From: an uncultured Haloferula sp. | Lineage (GTDB): Bacteria; Verrucomicrobiota; Verrucomicrobiia; Verrucomicrobiales; Akkermansiaceae | Assembly: GCA_965652295.1 (NCBI GenBank) | Contig: CBFGTS010000002.1 | Coordinates: 32,001 to 96,000, forward strand | DNA: 64,000 bases | Direction of reading: 5' to 3' | Shown here: positions 63,002 through 64,000 of the stretch, piece after piece | Position numbering within the stretch: the first letter of the stretch is position 1 | How the letters are laid out: every line of letters begins with the position of its first letter | Translations under genes and position numbers: made by a program | The notes under the pieces: model-generated | Told to the model about the DNA's origin: nothing | The model's database searches: none | What the model saw: the letters and a program-made list of their open reading frames with translations, nothing else

Positions 63002-63559
63002 TCAGGTGGACTGGCGTTTGGAAAGGACGACCACGCCGACGGTGGCGACGAGGAGCAGGACGCCGATGATCTGCAGCGGCAGGTTGTACTGCGTGAACGC
63101 GATCTGGCCAACGAGGTTGACGTCGGGCAGATGCCCGGCGGCGAGTTTCTCGGAAAGTCCGGGGCTTGAGGTCTCGAAATGCTCCGCGGCCGCCACGAGA
63201 TCAAGCGGCTGGGAGGCCTTGTCCTCCGAACTCCCGAGGATTCCGAGGAGCTGGATGGTGAAAGCGAGCACGATGCCCAGCCCGCCGATCGCCGGAATGA
63301 GTTTGGGTGTTCGCTTCTGCTCCGTTTTCAAATCCAGGAGCATGATGATGAAGATGAACAGCACCATGATCGCGCCGGCATAGACGAGGATCTGGATGAT
63401 CCCCACGAAGAAGGCGTTCAAGCCGATGAAGAGCCCGGCAAGGCCGACGAAGGAAACGACCATCGACAGCGCCGAAGCGACCGGATTCGGCAGGGCGATC
63501 ACCGCGAGTCCGCCAAGCAGCATCAGAATCGCAAAGATCCAGAAAAGAGTTAGAGGCAT
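63002..63559 (-). CDS. nuoJ: NADH-quinone oxidoreductase subunit J
   Basis: NPVASAL, QILVYAGAIMVLF. Confidence 0.95.
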   Translation of the reverse strand: MPLTLFWIFAILMLLGGLAVIALPNPVASALSMVVSFVGLAGLFIGLNAFFVGIIQILVYAGAIMVLFIFIIMLLDLKTEQKRTPKLIPAIGGLGIVLAFTIQLLGILGSSEDKASQPLDLVAAAEHFETSSPGLSEKLAAGHLPDVNLVGQIAFTQYNLPLQIIGVLLLVATVGVVVLSKRQST

Positions 63560-63662
63560 CGGAAAGTTTGCTGGTGTCTAGTTTTCGGTTTCAGCGGTAG
63601 CCGGAGAATCTCCAGTGCCGGTCGCAGGTGCCCCTGAAACCGAACACTGAAAACGAATCAAC

Positions 63663-64000
63663 TCATTTCAACTCGTTCCACTTGTTGACGAGCCCGACGC
63701 GGACGCCGCCGATCTCGTAGAGTTTCTTCTTGTCGTGAACCATTTCCGCACGGCTGCCGCCGGTAATGAGGTAGTCCTTGCGGAGGAAGATCGCCTGCTC
63801 GGGACAGACTTCCTCGCACATGCCGCAGTAGATGCAGCGGATCATGTCGATATCGAACTCCTTGGGGCGCTTCTCAACCTTGGCCCAGGGGTCGTCGTTG
63901 GGGATCTCGCCGGGTTCGATGCGGATCGCCTTCGGCGGGCAGATGAACTCGCAGAGCTGGCAGGAAACGCAGCGCTCGCGGCCTTGCTCGTCGGTCACCA
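63663..64000 (-). CDS. nuoI: NADH-quinone oxidoreductase subunit I (5' end outside window)
   Basis: Two 4Fe-4S motifs, CVSCQLCEFICP and CIYCGMCEEVCP, upstream of nuoJ. Confidence 0.93.
   Translation of the reverse strand, partial: VTDEQGRERCVSCQLCEFICPPKAIRIEPGEIPNDDPWAKVEKRPKEFDIDMIRCIYCGMCEEVCPEQAIFLRKDYLITGGSRAEMVHDKKKLYEIGGVRVGLVNKWNELK

Noticed and set aside
1..64000. CRISPR arrays, IS transposases, rRNA/tRNA genes, reverse transcriptases
   Set aside because: None recognised by eye; short or degenerate elements could have been missed without tools.

Overview
GC-rich bacterial chromosome segment, most likely Verrucomicrobiota (Haloferula/Luteolibacter-like). This is inferred from gene content and was not verified by search. 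The window has three parts. (1) 1-18773 is the right end of a genomic island abutting the 3' end of the tmRNA gene. It carries the tail of a Fic-family gene, a ParA/RHH partition pair whose parA has no start codon, and a tightly coupled 8-gene anti-phage locus matching MADS (methylation-associated defence system). The locus order is small regulator, N6-MTase, ABC ATPase, TOPRIM-like protein, HsdS, NERD-double-kinase-P-loop, MAD7 and a giant HerA-like ATPase. Here the first gene is a 58-aa ribbon-helix-helix protein, missed by the ORF track, with a palindromic operator. A truncated integrase-like ORF and tandem arm-like repeats lie next to ssrA. (2) 18774-19657 holds ssrA and a non-coding cluster of paired DnaA-box-like 9-mers, a candidate oriC. 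(3) 19658-64000 is mostly housekeeping DNA: hisHB, ftsH, modAB, topoisomerase A subunit, argA, purL, moeB, trpD and nuoI-N. Several proteins there look catalytically degenerate (GH106-like, YyaL-like, HrgA-like, HtrA-like). All family calls come from reading motifs by eye; no database searches were run.
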